Source: a virus
Direction: 5' to 3' (one strand)
IMG/VR virus record: IMGVR_UViG_3300017774_003070
Coordinates: 39,830 to 103,829 of that record
DNA: 64,000 nucleotides
Part shown: piece by piece, positions 9,330-20,676 of the stretch
How positions within the stretch are numbered: the first letter of the stretch is position 1
How the letters are laid out: the number at the start of each line of letters is the position of its first letter
The notes under the pieces: generated by a model
Told to the model about the DNA's origin: nothing
The model's database searches: none
The model's input: the letters and a program-made list of their open reading frames with translations, nothing else
Position numbers and translations under genes: made by a program

Positions 9330-11113
9330 GCGTCAATAGATTTAGAAGAATAGCACCAGTACTTGATCCTACAATGCACATGTATCGTAAGGAAACAGTA
9401 CTTCCTGATCTCAGTCAGATTGGAGCCTTAGCATCTGGTCTACAAGCTTCATACGATACCAAGATACCACGCCCTCAACATATTCAAGGTGATGCTCCGT
9501 TGGTTGATCAGATGTTTGTAAAGCCTGTAGAAGACATGAAAGGTAGAGCTGTAGAAGCATTCAAGAAAGGGGATACTTCTCAAGGAGTTAATTACATGAA
9601 ACAGATGGAGCAATTCATCTACAACTCTAAACAGCCTGGAGGAGCTTACAATGCGTTTGAAGATACATACAGTAAAGCATCTGCATACAGAAAGTCAATC
9701 GTTGATAATAAAGACATTGCAAAAGATACCAAAGACTTTAGTGTTAATAAGTCTCTATCTACTTTTACTACTTTTGATCCTGAAGGTAATCGTAATGAGT
9801 TCTCCGGTTATACTCCTGCCAAGGATGTCGATCTGAATGATTACTTTACTAAGTTGACTAAAGATTGGGCTGAAACTGAATGGGTTAAAGGCTACTCGAA
9901 GACGTTAGGTGGTCAATACTTTGATCAACGTACTGGTAAGAAAGTCAGTAAAGCTGAGATAGTTAATAGTCTTCGTGACTCTTGGATGAATAATCCTGAC
10001 ATTAGACCTTACGTTCAGCAATTGACTGAGATGTATGGGGAAGAAGAAGCTTTAAAGAGAGTAACTAGTTCAATCAACTTAGCTGCTGAGAAAGAAGCAT
10101 TTGAATCAGAGTCAAGTAAGTTGGTTGGTAATAAAGAGTATGACATTTCTGGACAAATACGTGTAGCTAGAGAGAAAAAGAATATGGAAAAAGAAGGACA
10201 GACAACTACAATTGATCTTGCTCCTTTCCAATACAACCCTATTCCTAAAGGAAAGATTACAGTTAAGGATGGGGATATAATCAGAACCAATGATTCTTAC
10301 TTAGCAGGTACAGATATAGGTACTAGTGCAGTTGAGATTAGGGAGAAAAGAGGATTCAATCAACTTCTTACTGATCCTAAGTACAAGAGTTACTTTAATG
10401 AACGTCCTGGTCTTGAGACTATTGTAAAGATGACTCCTTCTACTGGTATGAATCAGAAAGATTACAATACCAAAGTTGCTAAGATGTATGAGTCACTTGT
10501 AAAGAATGGTGGTAATACACTTCAGTTAGAAACTGTTACTCCTTCTGATCAGAAACAACTTAAGTCTGTAATGCTAGGTGACGGTAAAGAAGGAGTAGGA
10601 GCAATCATTAATAATACAGTTTGGGCATTGTCCAAAGATGCACCTCCACACAGATTAACACTTAGTGAGATTGAAGCTGCCAAAGACAACATTAGCTTCT
10701 ACGGTAAATCTAAAGGTGGTAATGGATACTATCCAGGTTCTTTATTTGGAACTTACAAGGATAAGAAAGGTAAGATTTATTCTCTTGCTGTAGAACCTAT
10801 TAATAGAGAGTCAGCTATTCACTACGAAGGTCTTAAGACTCTTATGCAACCAGCTAGTACTCACATAGAAACTGGTTGGAGAAAAGTTCTTATTCCAGGT
10901 CAAGGATATAAGACTATAAAAGTAAAACCAAATCTTATCTTTGACGAGAAAGGTAACTACATTGACACTCAGTTAGATTTCTACAACTCAGAAGATGGAG
11001 GTAAAACTGGTGAGAAACTTAACTGGACTAAGGAAACACTTCACAATTACTTTGATCAATCGGCTTCACAGTTAGGGATTGACCAGATAAGAACTGCATC
11101 TGCTATAAAGTAG
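9326..11113 (+). CDS. Putative virion cargo/ejection protein
   Basis: 595 aa, between cargo gene and RNAP as in crAss-like phages; no recognisable motif. Confidence 0.5.
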   Translation: MSVNRFRRIAPVLDPTMHMYRKETVLPDLSQIGALASGLQASYDTKIPRPQHIQGDAPLVDQMFVKPVEDMKGRAVEAFKKGDTSQGVNYMKQMEQFIYNSKQPGGAYNAFEDTYSKASAYRKSIVDNKDIAKDTKDFSVNKSLSTFTTFDPEGNRNEFSGYTPAKDVDLNDYFTKLTKDWAETEWVKGYSKTLGGQYFDQRTGKKVSKAEIVNSLRDSWMNNPDIRPYVQQLTEMYGEEEALKRVTSSINLAAEKEAFESESSKLVGNKEYDISGQIRVAREKKNMEKEGQTTTIDLAPFQYNPIPKGKITVKDGDIIRTNDSYLAGTDIGTSAVEIREKRGFNQLLTDPKYKSYFNERPGLETIVKMTPSTGMNQKDYNTKVAKMYESLVKNGGNTLQLETVTPSDQKQLKSVMLGDGKEGVGAIINNTVWALSKDAPPHRLTLSEIEAAKDNISFYGKSKGGNGYYPGSLFGTYKDKKGKIYSLAVEPINRESAIHYEGLKTLMQPASTHIETGWRKVLIPGQGYKTIKVKPNLIFDEKGNYIDTQLDFYNSEDGGKTGEKLNWTKETLHNYFDQSASQLGIDQIRTASAIK

Positions 11114-11175
11114 TAGATAATTAAAAGGACTATTTAGTAGTTCAAAGACATTGTTGTTCATTTAATAATAACCAA

Positions 11176-14100
11176 ATGGCTAAGTTTAAAAGCACTGACG
11201 ATTTAAATAATCTAATCCAATCTGCTCCTCAACCTATATATGGCACATCTGTACGCTCTGTAGCTAAACCAGGAATGGATCTAGGTAAGTATGATGAGGG
11301 GCTTACAATGTATGATACTCCTGAAAGTAGACGTGAATTAAATTATCAGAATCAGACAGGTTGGCAAGCATGGGGAAATGCTCTTGGTCAATCACTAGCT
11401 GAAGTAACTGCTGGAACTGCTGAAGGTTTTGGTTACTTACTTGATTTAGAACAACATGTCAAGGCACTAGCTGGTACTGAGAAAGAATTCGACAACGAGT
11501 TCTCTAAAGCCATGCGTCAATTCAAGGAATCAGTTAGAGAAGATATGCCTGTCTTCACTGATCCCAATAAACCTTTCGACCCACTCAATTCAAGATGGTG
11601 GGCTTCTAATCTCCCTTCAATTACATCTACTCTTACGTTAATGATTCCTACTGGTGCTGCTGTTGGTGTAGCGTCCAAAGTGGGTAGAGGTCTTGGTAAA
11701 CTTGCTGGTGCAGGTGCAAAAGCTGCTAGAGTAGAATCTGGATTAGCTAGAGGACTTTCTGCTGCTAGTGACTTTCTAAGTGCAGATACAAGAATGCTTG
11801 GAGGACTTACTTCCACTAGAGCTATTGGTTCTGGTGCAATCTCTCGTGTACTAGAAAGCACAATGGAAGCTGCTGGTAATGCAGATCAAGTTTACAAAGA
11901 ACTAATCAGTCAAGGTAAGTCTGAAGAAGAAGCTAGAACTGAAGCTGGTAAAGTAGCAAGTAATACGTACTACGCTAACTTACCTCTTATGCTCAGTGAC
12001 ATGTTTGAGTATTCAGTACTGTTTAGAAACAAGGGAGTAGACAATGCTGTAGATGCTCTGAACAAGCAAACTAAGAAATCACTACTCAAGAACTCACTAG
12101 CTGTAGCAGGATCGTTTGTATCTGAAGGTCTTGAAGAAGGTTATCAATATGGTGTAGGTCAGGAAGCTAAGAAGTCAAAGAATGCTGGAGAAACAATGTC
12201 GAATGTAGTCAATAACTTTGGTGAATACTTTGACGATCCTGAGTTCCTATCTTCTGTAGTTGTAGGTGGTATGTCTGGAGCTGGTTTTCAGGCTCTTGGT
12301 AACGTTATTGAGAGTAGATCAGCTAAGTTAGCTAATATATTTCCAGAGTTCGATGACACTGCTCTACAAGGGTTAGCTGCTAGTACTGGTAAATCTGCTA
12401 CTGCTCTCAAGACCTCTGCTCAAGCTGCATTTACTAAGTTCAAAGGTAATCTGTCTGAATCACTTGCTGACATTGAATCTACCATTGCTAATCTACCAGC
12501 AGATATAAAAGATACAACTAGAGAAGCTTATAGACTTGGACTACAGACCTTGAAGGAAGCAGGTAAGATTACTGATGAGTCATTGCAACAGATTCAACCA
12601 GAGACTTACTCAGACAAACTGTGGAAAGGAGCTAAGGAAAAGATCAATACTGCATTAACTAGAATCAAGAAGTGGTCGGGATTCAATGAGGAGATTCAAC
12701 AACTAGAAGCAACTGGTAAAGATGCAGAAGCTGAAATACTTAGAAAAGACAAGTTTGTAGAGCTGGTAGAAGTTAATACTCCTGATGTTGAGAAGTATAT
12801 GAATCAAGCTAAGGAATCTGGAATTGATATAACTGAATATGAAGACATACTTGATACTTACAAACAGGGACTCATTCAACATCAAGGTAATCCTGATGCT
12901 GCTAAAGTTGAAGTACAGGCTGAGATAAGAAGACAAGCCTACAAAAATCAATACGATACTATTGTAGAACTTGGTACTAAGTTTCAAGACTTTGACTTCA
13001 ATAGCTTACGTGAAGAGTATCTTAACAACTACAACAACCCATTAGCTAAGAATCTTAAGTCTGGTATTGAACCTGATAAGACTAAGAATAGAACGATTAG
13101 CAATGAACTGAAAAGAAAGGTTAAGAAGTTAGTTGACTTAGAAGTACAGCAACTAGAGCTAACCAAAGAAGCTGATAGATTAGATACGGCTACTGGTCAA
13201 GAAGAGTTAGCTGAGAAGAAACGTCAGAATAAGATTGAAGAATTAAAGCAGTCTAATGATCCTGAAGTACTATTCGATAAGTATGAAGATGAAGAGTTAG
13301 CTAAGATTGCTAAGACTCGTATTGACAAGTTAATCAAAGATGAGTTTCAGAACTTACCTGATCCTAATTTGTTCCCTGACTACAACGACTTTAAAGAATC
13401 AATTAGTTCTCCTGCTCTTGGTACAGTTAAGAATGATCCTGCTATTGACAAGGCACTCATTCAGTACTATAATGACAACACACTATCAGATGAGAAGCCT
13501 ACAATTGAGACGTTTGAAGATTCTGAGTTTGAGAAAGTAGCAAAACAAGTCAGTAAGTCAATTGAAGAAGGTGTAGAATCTATTCCTGAATTTGAATCTG
13601 AACTGTCTGACTATACCTCTTGGAACGAAAAGATACAAGAAGAGTTTGAGAATAAAGGTGACTTTATGCTTCACTCTCAGTTGTGGAGTATGAGTAGAGA
13701 TAAGACTGGTGATTGGTCTTTACGTAAGTTCAACAAGGTAACTCAAGATGATATTGATTCAGGTAAGTACCGTCAAGATCAGTTAGGAGACAATAAGTAC
13801 AACAGCACTAGTTATAATGACTGGGCTGATGATCCTTACGCTACTGAAGAACTGTTTAACAACTTTGGTGATCCTAGTCAATATGAAGTGTTTTTTGAGA
13901 CTACACCTAAAGAATGGGTTAATCGAAAGACTGGTAAGAAAGAAACTACTACGATAGATAATCACTGGATTAGATTGTTTGTAGTTAAAGATGGTAAGAA
14001 AGTTTACATTGGTCAATTACAAGACACGGTTGTTACTGCAACTAAAGAGAAGACAAATACTCCTGCTCTTGCTGCACTTAGACAAGTTGCTGACGATGCT

Positions 14101-17100
14101 CTTAAGACACTCAAACCAGGAGAAAGTAAAGTAATTGGTCAGACTCGAATTGTAAACTACAGCCCTGGTCTGTACAACAACTTAGCTAAACCAAGAGATG
14201 TACGTGCAGCTTTAACTGAAGAGGAACTAGAGAATGTAGGTGTTGGTGTGTACATGGGAGAGCATGATGAGCTTGGGCTGATGCGTACTAATAGGTATGA
14301 CATTAAAGACATTAAACCAGTCAATGCTAAACCTGGTTCTGTCTACATAGCTAAGAAAACTCCTACTGGTAACTATCAATGGTTTGCTTGTATTACTAAG
14401 TCTCTACGTGAGATGCCTGATCTTGTAGCTAAAGTTAAAGAGATACTTGCTCCACTTGAATCTACTGATCAGTTTGTAATTGAACGTTTGAAGAATGACA
14501 AAGAGCTTGTACGATCTATGCTTGCTCAACTACGTAGCATTGTCAGATACAAAGTGAATGGTAAACTAGAACCTGATTTTAATTCCAAGATTGTAAACGT
14601 CAAAGCATATCAGGTCGATGGAAGATTCAGTATTGATAAGTTTATAGAAGTACATGGGTTGCTAGATCGTAAAGTACAGATTGATCCTAAACAGTTGACT
14701 GATACTGAGTACGTACAAAGTATTCTTGACAGGTTGATTACTGACATTGATCGTATTCCTTTTGTCAATCCATTCATTACTGTAGCTGCACCTGATAGTA
14801 AGGTTCTCAGTACTCCTAAAGTGCAAGAAACTACTGAGCAACCTGTAAAGATTAAAGTAACTCAATCAAGAAAGAAGTTCTTACGTACAGATCAGAAACC
14901 CAATCTCTATAAAGGCCAGATTGACATTGAGAAAGCTGTTAAAGAACTAAAGAGAATAGTTCCTAATGGTTATACTGTCAATGTACTTAAAGGTCTAATC
15001 GAATCAGAAGGTATCAGTGCTTATGGTATGGTACATGATGCTGCTATTACGCTAAGTGAGAAAGCACCTTATGGAACTGAATACCATGAAGCTTGGCATG
15101 CTATTGAACAAGTACTTCCTAAGTTCCAGTACGACAGAATCAAGAACTACTTAACTGAAGAAGAACGAGCAGATCTTTTTGCTGAATATGAAATGACTAA
15201 TCAAGCTCCTAGTCTACTCAAACGTGTTTTTCAGTTAGTTAAAGCATTCTTACAAGACCTTATCAACTACCATCCAAGTCTTCTTGATCTGTTTGAGAGA
15301 GCTAATGCTGGTTATTATAAAGGTAAAAAGCTGAGTCGTTACGGTACATTCTACATGGTGGATGGAATGACTGAACGTAACAAGCAGGATTTTGTCAATG
15401 TCTACTTAGCCGAAGTAGGTGAGTTTTTTGATCTAAGTAAAAAAGAAACAGTAGAGAATTTAATTGATTCTGATCCTACTAAGAACAATTTGACACTTGC
15501 TAAATCGGATACTCTTGTAGATGAGAATGGAGAAGAGTACACAGATAACTCCCCACTGGTAAACTTCTTTAGTAAAGTAGAAAAGGTACAAGGATTAGAC
15601 GAAGCCAATAAACTACTTGCTTATGTTAGACCTGATCTTACAATAGGTGAGGATGGTGTGTTTGTATCAGACGGTAATCCTAGAATGGGGGCACTGTATC
15701 CTGAACTACTAAAAGCGTTAGGTAAGAGAGGATACAAGATTGTATTAGGTCGTCAGGAGTTAAATACTACACTGACAACTGAACGTGAGGTTGAAGAAGG
15801 AGATTCTATTGAAGAACCAGAAACTGACACACTAGAAGGTTGGCAAGAATCAGCTTCACTTAGATCACCTATTGAAAAGTTGAGTAAGAGAATGAAACAG
15901 TTGATCTATTCAGTTAGATCAGATAAGAAAGACTCTTTAGGACTTGGATTAGACCTTACTTACAATGGTTACGAAGCATATTCGAGATTAGCCGCGGTAA
16001 TTGTAGATTCGATTGACGTAGCTGACATGATGGAAAGACTATCTGAGAAGGCTGCTAGAAAAGATACCTTCTACGTCAACTTGCTTAAATACATTGACGA
16101 GAAGTTTGAATCACCTATTAACATCTACACTGAACTGTACAAAGCTCTTGGTGATAAAACTCAACCTGAATTCTGGGTTACACAAGAATACTATGATAAG
16201 ACTGGTGAACTAGACCTTCGTGTATTTGAAGCCAACAGAGCATCAATAAAGCAGCGAGTAAAAAATATACTTGGTGATTACACTGGAACTAGTCCTGAAG
16301 AGTTCAAGGCTCTACTTGACATGGAAGATGTGTTTATTGACTATGCTAAGTTGAAGACTGCTCTTGAACACCAAGATGAAAGTAAAAGGTTCTTAGCTGT
16401 GTGGGATGCAGTTGGTTCTAAAGTGTATTCCAAGTTTATTGCCAGTCACTTGAATGTAGAAGGTAAGAAACAGTATGAAATTATCAATGGTGGTTACTTC
16501 AGCAAGTTAACTCAAAGGTTACAACGACAGTTTAGTGACCTTAAAGCTGAGTTGTTTGATAAAGATCCATTTCTGAAGGAGTTACCAATCTTAAATCGTA
16601 ATCCTAAAGCTGGTGATTTTCAGTTTGTAGTCTATGCTGGATTCAAGGACAAGGATGGAAATGGATTAATGTACAATAACTACACTGAGAAGCATTTTGT
16701 GGAATCAACCTATCAGTTATGGTTATCTGCTAACATTCACATGATGCCCATCTTATCTGACTCACCTAACTTAATTGGTATCAAGTACAGAGTACCAAAG
16801 GAGTTAGACAAGGAAGCAGAGATTGCTAAGATTATTCAACTAGAACACAATAGAAGTAAGGATACTCACGGGATTAAGAACTACAATCCTGATGTAAAGA
16901 TCTTTGCTGAAATACCTTACAAAGAGAACATCAACGAGCAGATACTTGAAGTACAGAAATACTTTGAGAAAGCTGAGGAAGAGTTCAAAGCTTATGCCAA
17001 GGAAGTAAAGGCAAGAGTACAGTTGAAGTCTGGACAACGTGATAACTTAGTTCGTGAGTATTTACTTGAACATGCGCTTGTACATAGCCAGATGAGCATG

Positions 17101-20100
17101 ATCTCTGTAGGTCACTTAAGCTTTTACAAGAACCTTGAAGATTACTACAAGAGAGCTAAAGAGATATGGAGTCCTGTAATCAAAGGTAATGTTGATAACT
17201 GGTTCATGGACGGTGACACTAAGATTGAAGTGTTCAGTAAGAGGCAACGAATCAATGTACTTCCTACTGTAGAATCACCATCTAGTCAAGTAGAAGAATT
17301 GGAATCCATTGGTTTTACTGGATTTAGAAAAGTAGATAAGACTGATGCTCAGACAGAGATAGATTTGATTGCGTATCGTGATAGAATGATTACACTGAAT
17401 GACTGGACTGACAGACATCAACGTGCATTTGTACAGTTGGCTAAAGGTGAGATGCCTAGTGAAGATATTGTAGGATTATTTAACGTACTCAAACCATTTT
17501 ACTTTAATCAGCATGTAGTAACTACAGTAAATCCTGTAACTAAGGTTGAAAGCACTATTGTCAGTCCTGTACAGAAGAAAGACTCAGAGCTACTTATACT
17601 TCCTATTTACGGACTTGAGACAATCAACGGGCAGCCTAATAGACTGTACAATCCACTTTGGAAGTCTCATCTTGAGATGATGGGTTACAACTTTGACACC
17701 ATGTCTTATGATGAGCAAGGTAGAAAAGATGGTAAGTACTTTGACATTATTACCTACGACACTACAATGAAAGTAGGTAAGCGTAACGAGATGACTATTG
17801 ACTTAGCTAAGTGGGGTAAGCAGCAAGAAACGCCTGAACACCACTACATGTCTGATGCTATCTTTGGTACTCAGATAATGAAGTTGATCACTGGTAACTT
17901 AGAAGGTAACTATAATGTAGATGGTCAGACGATGTCTGCTAAGGAGTTGTGGAAAGAATACAATGACCTTATCTCAGAGTGGACTGTAGAACGATTTGAT
18001 GATGTAATTCGTGAGTATGGTTCTGAAGATAAGCTAAGACGAATGATTATTGAAGAGATGATTAATAAAGGTATGCGAGATGATTACATTAAGTCAATTC
18101 AGCAACTACCTCTTACTCATCCTATTCACTTCAATAAGGTTATTCAGATTATAAACTCGTTTGCCAAGAATAACATTACTGATCTTACTTTTGATAAAGG
18201 ATACACGTTTGCTAACGCTTCTTCTGAAGGTTTTAGTAACGAGCTGAAGATTAAGTGGGTGAACAACGATCCTGCTCAAGGTATAGATCATTTTGAAACT
18301 TATGCTCCTGTACATGATCCACGTATCAAGAATTACATGGTTGACGGGATAGTGGATATGGATGCTTTACGAGCTGATATTAAGTCAGGTAAGATTCCTG
18401 ATCTACTCACTGGACTTGTGTATCGTATTCCTACTGAAGGAAAGTATTCAATGTTCAAGATTAAAATTGTAGGATTCTTACCTATAGATAATGGTGTAAT
18501 CTTCATGCCTGACATGGTGACTAAGATTGCTGGTCTTGACTTTGATATTGACAAGGTTAGAGGATTCTTCTTTGGTGGTAACAAACTTCAGGATAGAATA
18601 CTACAGTTAATGACTGCTGTATTGTCTTCTCCTCAATCACTTAAGGAACAATTAACTCCTGGTGGCTTTGATAACTTGAAGAGTAACAACTTGCAGATTA
18701 GAGCTTACAAATCAGGTATCAATCCAGAAGGTAAGACAGACAAGGAACTTGAAGGGTTGTTAAAAGACAAGATGCCATTCTTTAGTCCTATAACGCTTAG
18801 TAAGATTGCTAAGAGGATGAATACTGGTAAGGCATTGATTGGTACTGCTGCCAATGTAAACGCTGTACACAGCCTTATGGAAGCTTACAGTACGTTTGGT
18901 GAATCTACTTACGATGATGGAGTTGAGATTATCTACAATGGGGAGTCATTGTCAGATATGTCAAGGAAGTTTGATACGGATGGTAATCTGATCTCTAGTA
19001 ACATAGCTGAATTGCTTGCTGCATTTGTAGACAATGGTAAAGATCCACAAGCTGAGTACTCAAACATCACTAGTGATACTATTGGAGTTGCATTGTACTT
19101 ACTCAAGAAAGGTGTACCTCTCAAAGCTGTACAGTTCTTTACTACTCAAATTACTGATGTTTACTACAGTTCAGAAAAGCTAGTCTTGAATAAGAGTATA
19201 CTCAACTTTGATGAATTTGTGAACGATTTAAAAGGTGTAGGAGACGATGAAAGGTACAATGCTTCATTTGAATACTTCAAATCTTATGCTCGTGCATTTG
19301 AAGCTTACGTTGCAGGTATTAAAGTAGCCAATGCAGGTGCTGGTGCTACAATGGTTGACAATTACTTGAAGATTAAGAAGTACAAAAAAGCTGTAGGTAT
19401 TAATCCTTCTGTAATTGATGATGCTGGTCTAACTAAGACTTTAACTCAGAAAGGTTTACTTGACTGGAATGACTTCTTGGTTAATACATTTAAGATTCCT
19501 GATGTAAACAAGGGAACTATTGTAACTGCACTTGATCTGATGACTGAACGTGTGCTTGAGTATGTAACTGATAAGAACGTTAAAGACTTGTACAACTCAT
19601 TCATCTCTTTCGTAGCTTCTGGTTACTTTAAGTGGAATCAATCTACAGTTAACTTACTTAATGATCCAAATAAGATTCTTGAATACAAACTAAAGTATCC
19701 TACTAATAAGTTTCTCAATAGACTTGAAGTACAAAAAGGTTACTTACAGTTCATAGGAGCTAATACAAATGACGAGTTAGAGATTCAATCTATTATTGAT
19801 AACTGGCAAGAGTTGCTTAACTCAGAAGATGAGAAGACCAAGAGGTTTGCTGAAGGTTTAGTTAATTACTCATTTTATCAGAAAGGATTTGACTTTGGTG
19901 TAGGTTCATTTGGGCATTTGATTCCTGTCTCTTACTTCATTAAGAATAAGGAGTTTACAAAGTACTACACGGATACAATGAGAGCTTTAGATCAGTCTAA
20001 TCAGGAAAAGGCTAATCTCTTTGTAGAACAGTTCATAGCTAACAACTATGTAGACATTAACATTCCTGTAGTCACTGGTGAGTTTGACGGTCAAGTACTT

Positions 20101-20676
20101 AAAGTGAAAATACCTCCTAGCATTGGAGATTACGACGCTAGATACGTTAAGTTTTTAGTACCAGGAGCTGAGACACCTCGGCCGTTTAAGTATGTAGGTG
20201 ATGGAGTGTACAAACAATTACCTGTGGAGGCTAAGTATGTAGGAACAACTAAGTACTTACAGAACTACAATTACAATGGTAAGGTGATAGAGTTTAATAA
20301 CGAGAAGAGTGAGAAGAAATATCAGGAACCTGTAGTTAAAGCTGTACCTTTGAATGAAGTTGTATTCACTCAACAGATGGCAGACCAGATTAACGAAACT
20401 TTAAAAGCAGCTAATGTCAATAAGGTCTACACAGTTGAAGAGTTGAATAATCTTCCACAAGAGAAGAAAGAAAGAGCAATCTATTGTTACACAACTGGTA
20501 AGATCGCACCTAAAGCTGAAGACGGTATGAAAACTTCAGTTGTGTTAGGTAAAGAATGGACTGTAGTTAAAGACTTAAAAGGATACAAGTCTCATAAAGA
20601 TGGAGGTGTAGATTTACAGATAGGTAATGGTAATGTCAACCTTATTGCTAAACATGGTTTAATAATCTTGAAATGA
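11176..20676 (+). CDS. Giant virion-associated single-chain RNA polymerase (phi14:2 gp66-like) fused to cargo domains
   Basis: YRIPT...IVGFLP...KIAGLDFDIDK catalytic signature; KTDAQ; FVDNGKDP; YHEAWH zincin-like motif; Gly/Ala-rich N-terminus. Confidence 0.9.
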   Translation: MAKFKSTDDLNNLIQSAPQPIYGTSVRSVAKPGMDLGKYDEGLTMYDTPESRRELNYQNQTGWQAWGNALGQSLAEVTAGTAEGFGYLLDLEQHVKALAGTEKEFDNEFSKAMRQFKESVREDMPVFTDPNKPFDPLNSRWWASNLPSITSTLTLMIPTGAAVGVASKVGRGLGKLAGAGAKAARVESGLARGLSAASDFLSADTRMLGGLTSTRAIGSGAISRVLESTMEAAGNADQVYKELISQGKSEEEARTEAGKVASNTYYANLPLMLSDMFEYSVLFRNKGVDNAVDALNKQTKKSLLKNSLAVAGSFVSEGLEEGYQYGVGQEAKKSKNAGETMSNVVNNFGEYFDDPEFLSSVVVGGMSGAGFQALGNVIESRSAKLANIFPEFDDTALQGLAASTGKSATALKTSAQAAFTKFKGNLSESLADIESTIANLPADIKDTTREAYRLGLQTLKEAGKITDESLQQIQPETYSDKLWKGAKEKINTALTRIKKWSGFNEEIQQLEATGKDAEAEILRKDKFVELVEVNTPDVEKYMNQAKESGIDITEYEDILDTYKQGLIQHQGNPDAAKVEVQAEIRRQAYKNQYDTIVELGTKFQDFDFNSLREEYLNNYNNPLAKNLKSGIEPDKTKNRTISNELKRKVKKLVDLEVQQLELTKEADRLDTATGQEELAEKKRQNKIEELKQSNDPEVLFDKYEDEELAKIAKTRIDKLIKDEFQNLPDPNLFPDYNDFKESISSPALGTVKNDPAIDKALIQYYNDNTLSDEKPTIETFEDSEFEKVAKQVSKSIEEGVESIPEFESELSDYTSWNEKIQEEFENKGDFMLHSQLWSMSRDKTGDWSLRKFNKVTQDDIDSGKYRQDQLGDNKYNSTSYNDWADDPYATEELFNNFGDPSQYEVFFETTPKEWVNRKTGKKETTTIDNHWIRLFVVKDGKKVYIGQLQDTVVTATKEKTNTPALAALRQVADDALKTLKPGESKVIGQTRIVNYSPGLYNNLAKPRDVRAALTEEELENVGVGVYMGEHDELGLMRTNRYDIKDIKPVNAKPGSVYIAKKTPTGNYQWFACITKSLREMPDLVAKVKEILAPLESTDQFVIERLKNDKELVRSMLAQLRSIVRYKVNGKLEPDFNSKIVNVKAYQVDGRFSIDKFIEVHGLLDRKVQIDPKQLTDTEYVQSILDRLITDIDRIPFVNPFITVAAPDSKVLSTPKVQETTEQPVKIKVTQSRKKFLRTDQKPNLYKGQIDIEKAVKELKRIVPNGYTVNVLKGLIESEGISAYGMVHDAAITLSEKAPYGTEYHEAWHAIEQVLPKFQYDRIKNYLTEEERADLFAEYEMTNQAPSLLKRVFQLVKAFLQDLINYHPSLLDLFERANAGYYKGKKLSRYGTFYMVDGMTERNKQDFVNVYLAEVGEFFDLSKKETVENLIDSDPTKNNLTLAKSDTLVDENGEEYTDNSPLVNFFSKVEKVQGLDEANKLLAYVRPDLTIGEDGVFVSDGNPRMGALYPELLKALGKRGYKIVLGRQELNTTLTTEREVEEGDSIEEPETDTLEGWQESASLRSPIEKLSKRMKQLIYSVRSDKKDSLGLGLDLTYNGYEAYSRLAAVIVDSIDVADMMERLSEKAARKDTFYVNLLKYIDEKFESPINIYTELYKALGDKTQPEFWVTQEYYDKTGELDLRVFEANRASIKQRVKNILGDYTGTSPEEFKALLDMEDVFIDYAKLKTALEHQDESKRFLAVWDAVGSKVYSKFIASHLNVEGKKQYEIINGGYFSKLTQRLQRQFSDLKAELFDKDPFLKELPILNRNPKAGDFQFVVYAGFKDKDGNGLMYNNYTEKHFVESTYQLWLSANIHMMPILSDSPNLIGIKYRVPKELDKEAEIAKIIQLEHNRSKDTHGIKNYNPDVKIFAEIPYKENINEQILEVQKYFEKAEEEFKAYAKEVKARVQLKSGQRDNLVREYLLEHALVHSQMSMISVGHLSFYKNLEDYYKRAKEIWSPVIKGNVDNWFMDGDTKIEVFSKRQRINVLPTVESPSSQVEELESIGFTGFRKVDKTDAQTEIDLIAYRDRMITLNDWTDRHQRAFVQLAKGEMPSEDIVGLFNVLKPFYFNQHVVTTVNPVTKVESTIVSPVQKKDSELLILPIYGLETINGQPNRLYNPLWKSHLEMMGYNFDTMSYDEQGRKDGKYFDIITYDTTMKVGKRNEMTIDLAKWGKQQETPEHHYMSDAIFGTQIMKLITGNLEGNYNVDGQTMSAKELWKEYNDLISEWTVERFDDVIREYGSEDKLRRMIIEEMINKGMRDDYIKSIQQLPLTHPIHFNKVIQIINSFAKNNITDLTFDKGYTFANASSEGFSNELKIKWVNNDPAQGIDHFETYAPVHDPRIKNYMVDGIVDMDALRADIKSGKIPDLLTGLVYRIPTEGKYSMFKIKIVGFLPIDNGVIFMPDMVTKIAGLDFDIDKVRGFFFGGNKLQDRILQLMTAVLSSPQSLKEQLTPGGFDNLKSNNLQIRAYKSGINPEGKTDKELEGLLKDKMPFFSPITLSKIAKRMNTGKALIGTAANVNAVHSLMEAYSTFGESTYDDGVEIIYNGESLSDMSRKFDTDGNLISSNIAELLAAFVDNGKDPQAEYSNITSDTIGVALYLLKKGVPLKAVQFFTTQITDVYYSSEKLVLNKSILNFDEFVNDLKGVGDDERYNASFEYFKSYARAFEAYVAGIKVANAGAGATMVDNYLKIKKYKKAVGINPSVIDDAGLTKTLTQKGLLDWNDFLVNTFKIPDVNKGTIVTALDLMTERVLEYVTDKNVKDLYNSFISFVASGYFKWNQSTVNLLNDPNKILEYKLKYPTNKFLNRLEVQKGYLQFIGANTNDELEIQSIIDNWQELLNSEDEKTKRFAEGLVNYSFYQKGFDFGVGSFGHLIPVSYFIKNKEFTKYYTDTMRALDQSNQEKANLFVEQFIANNYVDINIPVVTGEFDGQVLKVKIPPSIGDYDARYVKFLVPGAETPRPFKYVGDGVYKQLPVEAKYVGTTKYLQNYNYNGKVIEFNNEKSEKKYQEPVVKAVPLNEVVFTQQMADQINETLKAANVNKVYTVEELNNLPQEKKERAIYCYTTGKIAPKAEDGMKTSVVLGKEWTVVKDLKGYKSHKDGGVDLQIGNGNVNLIAKHGLIILK

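Noticed and set aside
20649-20676. Programmed -1 frameshift fusing RNAP to the next ORF
   Set aside because: No canonical slippery heptamer in the 7-codon open window; an ordinary ATGA overlap explains it.
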